From Candidatus Aegiribacteria sp. (GTDB lineage Bacteria > Fermentibacterota > Fermentibacteria > Fermentibacterales > JCC-6): a stretch of DNA of 64,000 nucleotides. The notes under the pieces are model-generated. The model saw only the letters and a list, made by a program, of their open reading frames with translations. It did not search any database and had not been told where the DNA came from. The stretch's first letter is position 1; each line of letters opens with the position of its first letter. Where the stretch lies: the NCBI GenBank assembly GCA_021108005.1, contig JAIORS010000218.1, forward strand, positions 30,911 through 94,910, in the 5' to 3' direction. Below, in pieces: positions 29,196 through 38,523 of this stretch. Both the position numbers and the translations under genes were made by a program.

Positions 29196-30382
29196 TGTTC
29201 AAGGAACTCCCTGTGAAGAGCTCTGAGAGCTTCATCCCTGTGCCGCAAAAGAACCAGGGCTGAAATGGTGGCATGGGAGTCAACCGACTGGAGCATATCG
29301 ATACCTGCTTTATCAAGAGCGGAGGAGAATTTCGCCATAACACCTTTAATCCCGTGCATACCAGCTCCTACTATGGATACCTTTGCGCAGGGCGATTTCG
29401 TCTCATGGTCAATATTGTTGCGATTGAGGACTTCAATAACCTTCTCTTTATCCTCAAGAGGAACGGTGAACATGGCTGCCGCGTCAAAAACGCTGAACAT
29501 ATCCATTGACACACCTGCATCCGCGACAAGACCAAATACATCTGAATAGAATTCATGCATCGAAGCGCAACTGTCTGTCCTGATTCTGAATTGCACCGCA
29601 TCAGAGCCTGAAGCAACACCGGTTATGTACATTCCGCTTTTGATTACAAAGGGTTCTATTTCGGTAGCCGGTTCGCCGGTACGATGCGACTTGACCGTGA
29701 TTCTGATACCCGCATCGCCTGCGATCTCAGAGGCTCGGGGATGCACAACTTTCGCCCCCTGCCAGGCCAGCTGCCTGAGGTCTTCGGAGCTTATTCTGTC
29801 TACTTCAAAGGCTTCCGGAACCTTTTCGGGGTCAGCGGTGAAAACCGAATCGATCATTTTGAAGAGCATCAACTCGTCTGCATTCAGGGCTGCGGCTATT
29901 GCTGTTGCTGTAATATCGCTGCCCCCTCTTCTGAGGATGGATATCGTTCCTTTCCTGCTCATTCCCTGGAATCCTGCCACAACGACGCAATCGTTCCCTT
30001 CGAGGGATGTCTGGAGGTATTCCTTTTCGACCGATTCCAGATCGGCACCGCAATGCTGCTCATCGGTACGCAGCCCGGCGTTCCAGCCGGTTACCGCCTT
30101 CGCGGAGATTCCCTTCTGGCGGAGCATGTCGGCAAAAACAGCTGCGGATATTATCTCTCCGCAGGCCATCAGACAGGATTTCTCACGGGGAATCGGGGAT
30201 GACACAAGTTCCAGTAAAGCATCCGTAGAATAGGGATCACCATTTCTGCCCATCGCGGAAACAACGACTACAGCCCTGTGATACGATTCAAGCTCCTTTA
30301 TACATAGCTCAACTGATTTGCGCCTGTCCTCTTCGGTCGCAAGGCATGTGCCGCCGAACTTCATAACGCAAAGATCACTCAT
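29192..30382 (-). CDS. lysC: Aspartate kinase
   Basis: VMKFGGTCL and RRGGSDITATAIAAAL kinase motifs plus two ACT-like C-terminal segments. It overlaps both neighbours by 4 nt. Confidence 0.88.
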   Translation of the reverse strand: MSDLCVMKFGGTCLATEEDRRKSVELCIKELESYHRAVVVVSAMGRNGDPYSTDALLELVSSPIPREKSCLMACGEIISAAVFADMLRQKGISAKAVTGWNAGLRTDEQHCGADLESVEKEYLQTSLEGNDCVVVAGFQGMSRKGTISILRRGGSDITATAIAAALNADELMLFKMIDSVFTADPEKVPEAFEVDRISSEDLRQLAWQGAKVVHPRASEIAGDAGIRITVKSHRTGEPATEIEPFVIKSGMYITGVASGSDAVQFRIRTDSCASMHEFYSDVFGLVADAGVSMDMFSVFDAAAMFTVPLEDKEKVIEVLNRNNIDHETKSPCAKVSIVGAGMHGIKGVMAKFSSALDKAGIDMLQSVDSHATISALVLLRHRDEALRALHREFLEQ

Positions 30383-31434
30383 TTTTTCTGCCCCGCTGCC
30401 GCTTTAACAACAAGCTCCATGAATTCCTTTCCGGTATCGTTCCAGTCGTTCATTCTTTCGGCGAACATACGGCTTTTTTCTCCCATCTGCAGCCTTAATT
30501 CTCTGTTTCTGATAAGGTTTTTCATCGCGCTCGCAAGTTTTTCAGCATTTTCCGGAGGTGTAAGAAGGCCATTTACACCGTCACGGACCAATTCAGGTAT
30601 AGCCGCAATACCCGAGGCGATTACGGGCAGCCCGTACCACATCCCCTCAATAATGGACATGCCGAAAGCTTCCCAGATGGAGGGATGAACAAGTATATCG
30701 GCATTCATATAAGCCTTCTCAAGATCTTCGCCGGAAAGCTCCCCTGAAACCATTATGGAATCGGAAAGATCATTTTCTTTTATAAGATCCTGAACGCTCA
30801 CAGCGTATTTTTCGTCAGATTCGATACTTCCGGCGAATTCCATTTTGTAGCTTCCCCCGTCAAGATATGTGCAGGCCTTAATCAGGACATGCTGTGCTTT
30901 CCCCGGAGAGATGCTGCCAACGCAGAGCAGCCTGACAGGCCCATCTCGCCTGCAGCGATCGGGCAGGGACACAGGGTTTTTGTTAAAACCCGGACTGATG
31001 AGACAGATACGGTCCCTGTTAATTCCGATGCCTTCAATGGCTTCTTCCGTATTACTGCTGTTAACCCAGATAACGCTCGCCATTCCAAGCAGCCATCTCA
31101 CATATACTTTATACATGAATGCCTTGAGTTTATTCCCCAGCGCCATCCATTCAAGATTATGCATGAGGTAGATAACAGGAGTACAAATGAATCCTCTCAT
31201 CATGCGGAGCATAGGCACGTACTGATAACTCTTGCTTACGATTACCAGATCGGGTTTCTCCCTTCGGATTTTTCCGCAGATGTACCTCGATGCCATGAAC
31301 CATTTAAAAGGAAGCCCCGGGGGAACAGTTGTAAAGTGAATCATATCCACTTCAACACCATGAGCCCGGAGGTATTCCATCATTTTAAAGTTGAAGCCGT
31401 ACCCTCCAGAATGGAAATCTTTCTTACCGAGCAT
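30379..31434 (-). CDS. Glycosyltransferase family 4 (GT-B)
   Basis: C-terminal motif DILVHPSIWEAFGMSIIEGMWYGLPVIAS. Confidence 0.85.
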   Translation of the reverse strand: MLGKKDFHSGGYGFNFKMMEYLRAHGVEVDMIHFTTVPPGLPFKWFMASRYICGKIRREKPDLVIVSKSYQYVPMLRMMRGFICTPVIYLMHNLEWMALGNKLKAFMYKVYVRWLLGMASVIWVNSSNTEEAIEGIGINRDRICLISPGFNKNPVSLPDRCRRDGPVRLLCVGSISPGKAQHVLIKACTYLDGGSYKMEFAGSIESDEKYAVSVQDLIKENDLSDSIMVSGELSGEDLEKAYMNADILVHPSIWEAFGMSIIEGMWYGLPVIASGIAAIPELVRDGVNGLLTPPENAEKLASAMKNLIRNRELRLQMGEKSRMFAERMNDWNDTGKEFMELVVKAAAGQKK

Positions 31435-31689
31435 TACAAAAATAATTCTGGCTGGAATAAGTGTTTCCTTTCATTTGCTGCTATTTACTGAATACTTGCC
31501 GAATAGCAAGTATACTTCCGGTAAGGTCATGCTGTCATAGTATGTTAGATGGTACGATTCACTGAACCTGGTTCAAACCCGGATATCTGAAGTCTCTCGC
31601 CGGGATTCAGACACCTTCCCCAGGAGTACTACATCGACAGTTATCTGCAAATTGAGTTATCAGTAGAGTCAAATGTCAAGAGTAAAGAT

Positions 31690-31721
31690 TTGACCCCTAT
31701 GTTCTTTATGAATATATTCAT
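31690..31721 (+). promoter_or_regulatory. Candidate promoter with overlapping 14-bp perfect palindrome (putative TetR operator)
   Basis: TTGACC (31690-31695), a 17-nt spacer, then TATATT (31713-31718). The palindrome ATGAATATATTCAT (31708-31721) spans the -10 box, 16 nt upstream of the TetR start. Confidence 0.4.
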
Positions 31722-31736
31722 GTTTGGAGGTTATTC

Positions 31737-32351
31737 ATGGGATTGAGAGAGATAAAGAAGGCCCGAGCGCGGATGTCCATACTTAAAGCTGCCAGAAGCA
31801 TGTTTTTCAGTCAGGGCTTCGACGGAACAACGATAGAAGCTATTGCTGAAAAGGCCGAAGTCGCGGTGGGAACGGTATACAATTACTTCGAATCAAAAAG
31901 CGCGATTATTCTGGCGATTACCGCCGATGACACATCAGAGGCTCTTTTTGAGAAATTTCAGCTTCCCGAGTCGTGCACAGGAATTGAAGGTGTGAAGCGG
32001 TACGTAGATACTTTTATGAAAAGCCTGTCGATGTATCCGAAAAGGCTTATTCGCGAATTGATGAGAGAGGCGTGGAGTATCGACAGCACATTGTGCAACG
32101 GCCTTATCAGGCAGGATCTGACACTTCTAAACGGTCTTGTCGGTGTACTTGCGGAGCTGAAGGCGAACCACAGGATCAAACCCGATACGGATATCGAACA
32201 TGCGTCGATGGTGATATACGGAACGGTGAGCACCGCGCTCATGTGGTACGCGGCGGATGAGAACAGGACTTCGGAACAGCTGATGGAATCCCTTGAGGAG
32301 ATGCTTGAGGTTCTTTTCATCGGTCTCGCTCCTGAGGGGAGAAATTTGTGA
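31737..32351 (+). CDS. TetR/AcrR-family transcriptional regulator
   Basis: N-terminal HTH segment FFSQGFDGTTIEAIAEKAEVAVGTVYNYFESK. Confidence 0.85.
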   Translation: MGLREIKKARARMSILKAARSMFFSQGFDGTTIEAIAEKAEVAVGTVYNYFESKSAIILAITADDTSEALFEKFQLPESCTGIEGVKRYVDTFMKSLSMYPKRLIRELMREAWSIDSTLCNGLIRQDLTLLNGLVGVLAELKANHRIKPDTDIEHASMVIYGTVSTALMWYAADENRTSEQLMESLEEMLEVLFIGLAPEGRNL

Positions 32352-33109
32352 AATATCCGTTAATCATCTTCGTAATGATGATCATTCCCGGTTTCATTAC
32401 AGCAGCCCGTTCACAGCCTGATATCGGTGAACTGGTGCATTCCCTTGACCAGCTTTACAGAAGCGACGACAGTTACACTGAGATGTCGATGCGCATAGTA
32501 ACGGAACACTGGGAACGGACACTTACGATGAAGGCGTGGTCCCACGGAACGGACAACACATTCATCAGAATACTCTCCCCAGCAAGGGAAGCCGGAATGG
32601 CAACCCTCAGGATCGGTACCGAAATGTGGAATTACCTTCCGAACACCAACAGCACAGTCAGAGTACCACCCTCGATGATGGCAGGCTCGTGGATGGGCTC
32701 GGACATCACCAACAACGACATAGTCAGAGAAATAACCTACGCTGAGGATTACACCTACTCGTACACAACAGACACAACCCTTACAGGTACTCCTGCGGAA
32801 GGCGTTGTGTACATCAAACTGGTTCCGAAACCATCCACCGCAGTGGTATGGTCAAGCATCATTTGCGCGGTGAGAACTTCTGACACAATTCCTCTCTGGG
32901 AAAAGTACTTCGACAGTCACTGTAATCCTATTAAGACTGTCACCTACTCCGATGTACAGGAAATGGGCGGCAGAACAATACCCTCGCGGATGCAGGTAAT
33001 TCCCGCTGATAATGAAGATCAGAGCACAACGATAACCTGGTCCAACGCTGAATTCAACCAGGGTGTGGACGAGAATATCTTCTCCCTCAGAAACCTTCAG
33101 TCCCGGTGA
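32348..33109 (+). CDS. LolA-like outer-membrane lipoprotein-sorting protein family
   Basis: Signal peptide, then MWNYLPNTNSTVRVPPSMMAGSWMGSDITNNDIV. This matches the remembered LolA_like pattern MW.YLP....R......SFMGSDFT..D. Confidence 0.72.
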   Translation: MKYPLIIFVMMIIPGFITAARSQPDIGELVHSLDQLYRSDDSYTEMSMRIVTEHWERTLTMKAWSHGTDNTFIRILSPAREAGMATLRIGTEMWNYLPNTNSTVRVPPSMMAGSWMGSDITNNDIVREITYAEDYTYSYTTDTTLTGTPAEGVVYIKLVPKPSTAVVWSSIICAVRTSDTIPLWEKYFDSHCNPIKTVTYSDVQEMGGRTIPSRMQVIPADNEDQSTTITWSNAEFNQGVDENIFSLRNLQSR

Positions 33110-33110
33110 T

Positions 33111-34376
33111 ATGCTCTTAAAACTGGCCTGGCGGAACGTCTTCCGTCAGAAAAGAAGAACGATTCTTACCCTTCTAACCATGACCGGCGGTTTCTTCCTC
33201 TCCTCCATTTCCATCGGGTGGATGAACGGCTCGTACGGCAGCATAATAATGTTCTTCACGAACGGCAGGACGGGGCAGATCCAGGTACACCGCAGAGGTT
33301 ATCTCGAAGATCCATCCATCTATTCAACGATCAGCGATTACCGGTCGGTTGGAGCCGTCCTGGATTCCATGCCCGGCATTAGAACCTGGACGCCCAGGAT
33401 CTATTCCGGAGCCCTCCTGGCGGTCAGGTCGGGGGGAGCTGTATCTGGAAATCTGTTCTCCAATTCGGCGGCAGCGTCGGTAATCGGATTGGATCCCGCG
33501 ATGGAGGACGCAGCCACTGATTTCTCGAGTAACATCGTAAGCGGAGGGATGCTGACAGCTTCCGCGGCGGATTCATCCTATTTCGCCACCGGACAGATAG
33601 TACTCGGAAAGGAACTCTCCATAATTCTTAACGCTTCGGTGGGAGACTCACTTATCATGCTTTCCCAGGCTGCTGACGGCGCGAGCGCGGACAGGAAGTA
33701 CGTAATTCAGGGCATTGTCAGCACAGGCAACGCCGAGATAGATAGAATCACATGTTATATAACACTGGCCGATGCCCAGATACTGTTCGCTCTTCAGGGA
33801 AAGGCGCACGAACTGGCGGTGATGACCAGTTCTTTGGGTTCAGTTGATGCTCTCACAGGAAATATATCCGCACAGCTGTCGGGAAAAGATCTTGAAATCG
33901 ATTCCTGGAAAACTTTCGCGAAGGAATTCTACAACGGCATGAAGGCGGATGAATCAAGTCTTAAGGTTATGATTTTTGTAATAGTTCTTGTAGCGGCAAT
34001 GGGAGTTCTCAATACGATTCTTATGATGGTTCTCGAGCGAAGGCGGGAATTCGGTGTGATGAAAGCCCTCGGCACAAAACCTGGATTTATCGTGAAGATG
34101 ATAGTTCTTGAAGCGAATATCATGGGAATTTTCAGCATAATCGCAGGCAGCATACTGAGTACAGGGGGGCTTCTTTTCCTTTCGAAGCATGGTCTGACCC
34201 TTGACCCCCCCATGAATTTCGGAGGTACTGTCTTCAGCGAGATGATCGCTTCATTATCCCCGGACTGTTACTGGATCCCTGCCATCTGCGTAATCGTTAC
34301 CGCTTCCACCGTAAGTTTTCTTCCGGCGCTGAAAGCCGCTCACACAAAAGCCGCGAAAACTCTGAGGACGGTTTAA
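33111..34376 (+). CDS. ABC transporter permease, FtsX/MacB/LolC-type (1 of 2)
   Basis: The LAWRNVFRQKRRT start is typical of the family. It has a periplasmic domain and a C-terminal VLERRREFGVMKALGTKPGFIV. The ATG at 33111 lies 1 nt after the previous stop. Confidence 0.85.
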   Translation: MLLKLAWRNVFRQKRRTILTLLTMTGGFFLSSISIGWMNGSYGSIIMFFTNGRTGQIQVHRRGYLEDPSIYSTISDYRSVGAVLDSMPGIRTWTPRIYSGALLAVRSGGAVSGNLFSNSAAASVIGLDPAMEDAATDFSSNIVSGGMLTASAADSSYFATGQIVLGKELSIILNASVGDSLIMLSQAADGASADRKYVIQGIVSTGNAEIDRITCYITLADAQILFALQGKAHELAVMTSSLGSVDALTGNISAQLSGKDLEIDSWKTFAKEFYNGMKADESSLKVMIFVIVLVAAMGVLNTILMMVLERRREFGVMKALGTKPGFIVKMIVLEANIMGIFSIIAGSILSTGGLLFLSKHGLTLDPPMNFGGTVFSEMIASLSPDCYWIPAICVIVTASTVSFLPALKAAHTKAAKTLRTV

Positions 34377-34377
34377 C

Positions 34378-35601
34378 ATGTTCGGAAGGCTTGTGAAGTT
34401 CGCCTGGAGAAGCACCTGGAGGAATGGCAGGAGAACTGTGATAACCGGTCTTGCCGTTGGCCTGGGGCTCGGTTCAATGATCTTTTACGAAGCTCTCATG
34501 CAGGGCATGGGAGCATATATGATACAGACAACGACGAACCCCTGGATGGGGGATGCCCAGATCCACCGTAACGGATTTATGGACACCAGGAGGATTGACC
34601 TTACCGTCGAAAGACCGGATTCGGTTCTGTTCATGCTCAGACAGGATTCAACGGTAAGCGCCAGCACCCCGAGGATTCTGTCCCCCGCGTCTGCAACATC
34701 AACTACGGAAATGAAGCCTGTCACACTGATTGGCGTTGACAGTGAAACCGACCCTGCTTTGACAATGCTGGAAGCTGCTATCGATACGGGTTCTTACCTG
34801 AGTGGTGACAGCACCGAACTGATTATCGGATACAAACTGGCGGATGATCTGAACGCCGGACCTGGCGATGTGATCGTTATCACCGCTGCCCGGGCTGACA
34901 GCGGGCTATCGAGCAGCATGTTCTTCGTATCCGGTATATGCCGTTTCGGAAGTGATGACCTTGATCGATATTCCGCTTTTGTTAATCTGAACACGGCGGG
35001 CGGAATGCTCGGAATACCGGGGGATGTTCATGAAATTGCTGTCAGGTTCCCCGAATCGAAGACGGGTGCTGATACAACTATTGCTTTCTGGAGTGAATTC
35101 TCGATTTTTCGAAACAGCGCCCTCGGATGGCCGGAACTGGCGCCACAGGTCAGCGCTATGCTCAACATGGTTGACCTGGGTATGGCGGTAACTGCCATCA
35201 TTCTTTTCGCTCTTGTTGTTTTTGGAATAGTCAACTCCCTGTTCATGTCCGTATACGAAAGGATGTACGAATTCGGGGTTATGAAGGCTTTGGGAACAAG
35301 GCCTGGAACCATCGGAACAATGGTGGTCCTTGAGGCTTTCTGGATCGCGGTTATCAGTACTGTAATGGGGAGCGCCATCGGCCTGCTGACGGTATGGATA
35401 ACTTCGAAAACAGGTATAAACTTCGGCGAGTTCGATGTATCGGGTGTTGTATTCAACAAACCTCTGTATCCGATACTCAAACTCAGCCGGGTATGGATTT
35501 ATCCCCTCTTCACCTTGATTCTTACAACGGCTGCGGGAATTTATCCGGGAATCCACGCCGGCAGACTGAACCCGGCTGAAGCAATGCGGAAAAGTTTATA
35601 G
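34378..35601 (+). CDS. ABC transporter permease, FtsX/MacB/LolC-type (2 of 2)
   Basis: FAWRSTWRNGRRT start and VYERMYEFGVMKALGTRPGTIG. It is a paralog of the preceding gene. Confidence 0.85.
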   Translation: MFGRLVKFAWRSTWRNGRRTVITGLAVGLGLGSMIFYEALMQGMGAYMIQTTTNPWMGDAQIHRNGFMDTRRIDLTVERPDSVLFMLRQDSTVSASTPRILSPASATSTTEMKPVTLIGVDSETDPALTMLEAAIDTGSYLSGDSTELIIGYKLADDLNAGPGDVIVITAARADSGLSSSMFFVSGICRFGSDDLDRYSAFVNLNTAGGMLGIPGDVHEIAVRFPESKTGADTTIAFWSEFSIFRNSALGWPELAPQVSAMLNMVDLGMAVTAIILFALVVFGIVNSLFMSVYERMYEFGVMKALGTRPGTIGTMVVLEAFWIAVISTVMGSAIGLLTVWITSKTGINFGEFDVSGVVFNKPLYPILKLSRVWIYPLFTLILTTAAGIYPGIHAGRLNPAEAMRKSL

Positions 35602-35604
35602 ATC

Positions 35605-36321
35605 ATGGAGATGAATATGGTTGACAATGATGTGATAGTCGCCAAAGGAATCGTTAAGACATACGATGATTCTGGCGTTCCGGTTCATGCTGTAAGGGGT
35701 GTAGACTACACTCTTGAGAAGGGTGAATTCACCGCTATAACAGGACCATCAGGTTCTGGAAAAACTACTTTTCTCAATGTTCTGGCAGGTCTCGATACGC
35801 CCACCGAGGGCAAAGTATGGCTGTCGGGAAAATTGATCTCAGAGATGAGCGGAAAAGAGCTCTCCAACTTCAGAAGGGATCATATTGGCTTCGTATTTCA
35901 GGCCTATAACCTGTTTCCTGTACTTACGGTAGAGGAAAATGTTGAATATGTAATGCTGCTCCAGGGGATTCCTCCCGCTGAACGCCACGACAGAGTAATG
36001 GATATCCTTGAAAAAGTAGGGATAGCCGAATACGTTGGCCGGCTTCCCCGAAAGCTTTCTGGCGGCCAGCAGCAGAGGGTGGCGGTGGCCAGAGCAGTCG
36101 TTTCGCATCCTTCCCTTGTTATAGCGGATGAGCCCACCGCGAACCTCGATTCAAAAACCAGCGGAGCCCTGCTTGATATGATGAGGAAGTTGAACGAGGA
36201 AACCGGTATGACTTTCCTTTTCTCAACCCATGACGAGATTGTCATGCAGAGGGCTAAAAAAATCGTCGTTCTGAGGGATGGAAAGCTTGACGGAAGCGCT
36301 CCTCCGGAAAACTTAAAATGA
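35605..36321 (+). CDS. ABC transporter ATP-binding protein (LolD/MacB-like)
   Basis: Motifs GPSGSGKTT, LSGGQQQRVAVARA and VIADEPTANLD. Confidence 0.9.
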   Translation: MEMNMVDNDVIVAKGIVKTYDDSGVPVHAVRGVDYTLEKGEFTAITGPSGSGKTTFLNVLAGLDTPTEGKVWLSGKLISEMSGKELSNFRRDHIGFVFQAYNLFPVLTVEENVEYVMLLQGIPPAERHDRVMDILEKVGIAEYVGRLPRKLSGGQQQRVAVARAVVSHPSLVIADEPTANLDSKTSGALLDMMRKLNEETGMTFLFSTHDEIVMQRAKKIVVLRDGKLDGSAPPENLK

Positions 36322-37514
36322 AATCTATCGTGTTCTTCTCTTTTATGCTGTCCGTATTCACCGGAGCAACCGCCAGCACAATCGAAATATCAGGTGTTCT
36401 GAAGCCGGAGTTCTCAATTACGGATCAACCCTTTCCGGACTCCTCACTTCGGTATCTGTTCCAGTCTCCCCTGAGGCTCATGGTTCATCACAGAACAGGT
36501 GAGATCAGCATGAACATCGCATGGACACTGTGTCCTTCCGCCGGCAACCCGGCACTCAGCGGTTCAGCTGGAACACATATATTCAGAGTTGCCGACATTG
36601 AAGCCAGAATACTTCCTTCGAACTGGGACGGCACTGAATCGTTCAGCATAATCCAGAATCCTGACAGACTGAACATCTCGCTGAGAACGTCCGTAGCAAC
36701 GTTGACAGCTGGGAGGCAGGCAATTTACTGGGGAGTTGCCAAATCTGTCAGCCCCACGGATTTCATCGCCCCTTTCCAGTACGGAACGATGAATACCGAT
36801 TACAGAACGGGTGTTGACGCTGTAAGATCGATTTTCCCTCTTGGCATTATGTCTGAACTTGACGCAGGGTACGTTTTCGGGAAGGATGCCGGATTCACAG
36901 ACAGCGGCTGCTGGCTTCGTGGCAGATTCTATCTGTTCCGGACGGATGCCACTCTTCTCGCAGCATGCTTCAGAGAAAATCTCATGGTCGGAGGAAGCTT
37001 AAACCGTACCCTTGGAGGTGGAACCGGATGGATGGAATGCGCCATCGTATCCACGAACTTTTTCTCTCATAATGATACGGAGGGTGAGAATACTTTCTTT
37101 AGTCTTTCGGCGGGATACGACAGAAGCTGGTTCAATGCCGTCCTTTATGGATTTCTGGAATACCATTTCAATTCCTCCGGATCGGATGACTCTGCGGATT
37201 ACATTGACATCATCACAAACCCGGCATGGACGAACGGCGGGATCTATCTCCTGGGAAAACATTATCTCAGCCCGGGTATCAGCTGGACGGTGACACCGCT
37301 TCTGGGCTTCACAGGCCAGATATTGGTTAACCTTACCGATGGTTCCGCCTATCTTTCTATGACCGGCGAATACGATGTTCTGCAGAATACTGTCATGAAT
37401 GCGGGAGTATCCACTGGACTGGGAAGGACATCAGAGAATCCAGCCGTGAACATAAGATCCGAATTCGGATCCTGGCCCGGGTATTACTTCCTTTCAGTCG
37501 GATACTACTTTTGA
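36318..37514 (+). CDS. Putative outer-membrane beta-barrel protein
   Basis: Signal peptide, alternating hydrophobic strands, and a C-terminus of ...YFLSVGYYF with an aromatic last residue. It overlaps the ATPase gene by 4 nt. Confidence 0.55.
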   Translation: MKSIVFFSFMLSVFTGATASTIEISGVLKPEFSITDQPFPDSSLRYLFQSPLRLMVHHRTGEISMNIAWTLCPSAGNPALSGSAGTHIFRVADIEARILPSNWDGTESFSIIQNPDRLNISLRTSVATLTAGRQAIYWGVAKSVSPTDFIAPFQYGTMNTDYRTGVDAVRSIFPLGIMSELDAGYVFGKDAGFTDSGCWLRGRFYLFRTDATLLAACFRENLMVGGSLNRTLGGGTGWMECAIVSTNFFSHNDTEGENTFFSLSAGYDRSWFNAVLYGFLEYHFNSSGSDDSADYIDIITNPAWTNGGIYLLGKHYLSPGISWTVTPLLGFTGQILVNLTDGSAYLSMTGEYDVLQNTVMNAGVSTGLGRTSENPAVNIRSEFGSWPGYYFLSVGYYF

Positions 37515-37589
37515 AACTTTCTTAAATAAACCAGACTATTGCGCAGTATCCCACGGGCGTTTATCTTCAAGAATGCTTGGAGGTATCGA

Positions 37590-38513
37590 ATGAGAACTGT
37601 CCGAATTCTTTCGCTGATAACTTTATGCTTCGTAGTTGATTCCGTTATAGCTAGTTCTCTTCCTTTTTCCCGCCCGGGATTGATTGATATCCCAACGGCT
37701 ACCATCTTGCAACACACTCAAATAGGATTTGGCGGATCGTTTACCGCCTTCAGTTACGAGAACGCCGACAGCACTTCTGAAAACGATTTTGCCATTGCGG
37801 GCCACCTTGAATTCGGCCTGTTCGACAGGGGTCAGGTTGGGATAACATGGCTTGGAAGCGCGGGATTATCCGCCGACGCAAGAGTAATCGCTATAAATGA
37901 GGGAACACATGTCCCTGCCATAGCAGTCGGTTGTCAGAATATCACAGGCGAGGAAAATTACGAATTCTTCCGGAATACCAATGACAGCCTTTACAAATAT
38001 GGGGAATCGCAGAATTTCTCAGCCTACATAGTGTTTTCAAAGGACTTTAAATACTTCTCCGAAATACCTTTATGCATTCATCTTGGTTACGGCATCGGCA
38101 GGTTCCTGCAGAGTAAGGATTTCGATTCAAGCGGGATCTCAAATCCCATAAAAGGGGCTTTCGGCGGGCTTGAATACCAACCCGCCCGGAACGTATCGAT
38201 AATGCTGGAATGGGATGGAAGAGATGCCAATATCGGAGCGGGATACGTACTGAACGATAATGTCCGTTTCCTTGGGGCAGTGACGGAACTTGAACAGCTT
38301 ATCCTGAGCGACAGAAATCACTCGGATGTCATGCAGAACATCAAATTCGGTTTCGGAGTGGAAATTACACTCGGACCTTTCTTCAACCGTACAACCCTTA
38401 CTCCCTTCGAGGAGCTAACACGGACTTACGATGCGGAACTGCTCCGGAAACTTGAGGAAATAAGGTCTCATGCCAGAGAAGATATAGAGAATTTGAAAAG
38501 GGATATCCACTGA
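37590..38513 (+). CDS. Putative outer-membrane protein, tentatively YjbH/GfcD-like, with C-terminal coiled coil
   Basis: The ATG at 37590 is preceded by GGAGG. Signal peptide, then RPGLIDIPTATIL, which resembles the GLI.MPSA start remembered for the YjbH family. The assignment is tentative. Confidence 0.45.
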   Translation: MRTVRILSLITLCFVVDSVIASSLPFSRPGLIDIPTATILQHTQIGFGGSFTAFSYENADSTSENDFAIAGHLEFGLFDRGQVGITWLGSAGLSADARVIAINEGTHVPAIAVGCQNITGEENYEFFRNTNDSLYKYGESQNFSAYIVFSKDFKYFSEIPLCIHLGYGIGRFLQSKDFDSSGISNPIKGAFGGLEYQPARNVSIMLEWDGRDANIGAGYVLNDNVRFLGAVTELEQLILSDRNHSDVMQNIKFGFGVEITLGPFFNRTTLTPFEELTRTYDAELLRKLEEIRSHAREDIENLKRDIH

Positions 38514-38523
38514 TCAATCCCGG

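Noticed and set aside
29625-30233. Long antisense ORFs inside strong genes (for example 29625-30233, 29684-30202, 30889-31491, 34906-35556, 41365-42225, 52653-53288, 57782-58291)
   Set aside because: Each lies opposite a gene with unambiguous family motifs (aspartate kinase, GT4, FtsX, RND pump, nucleotidyltransferase, GT2). They are Ser/Arg/Pro-rich shadow translations.
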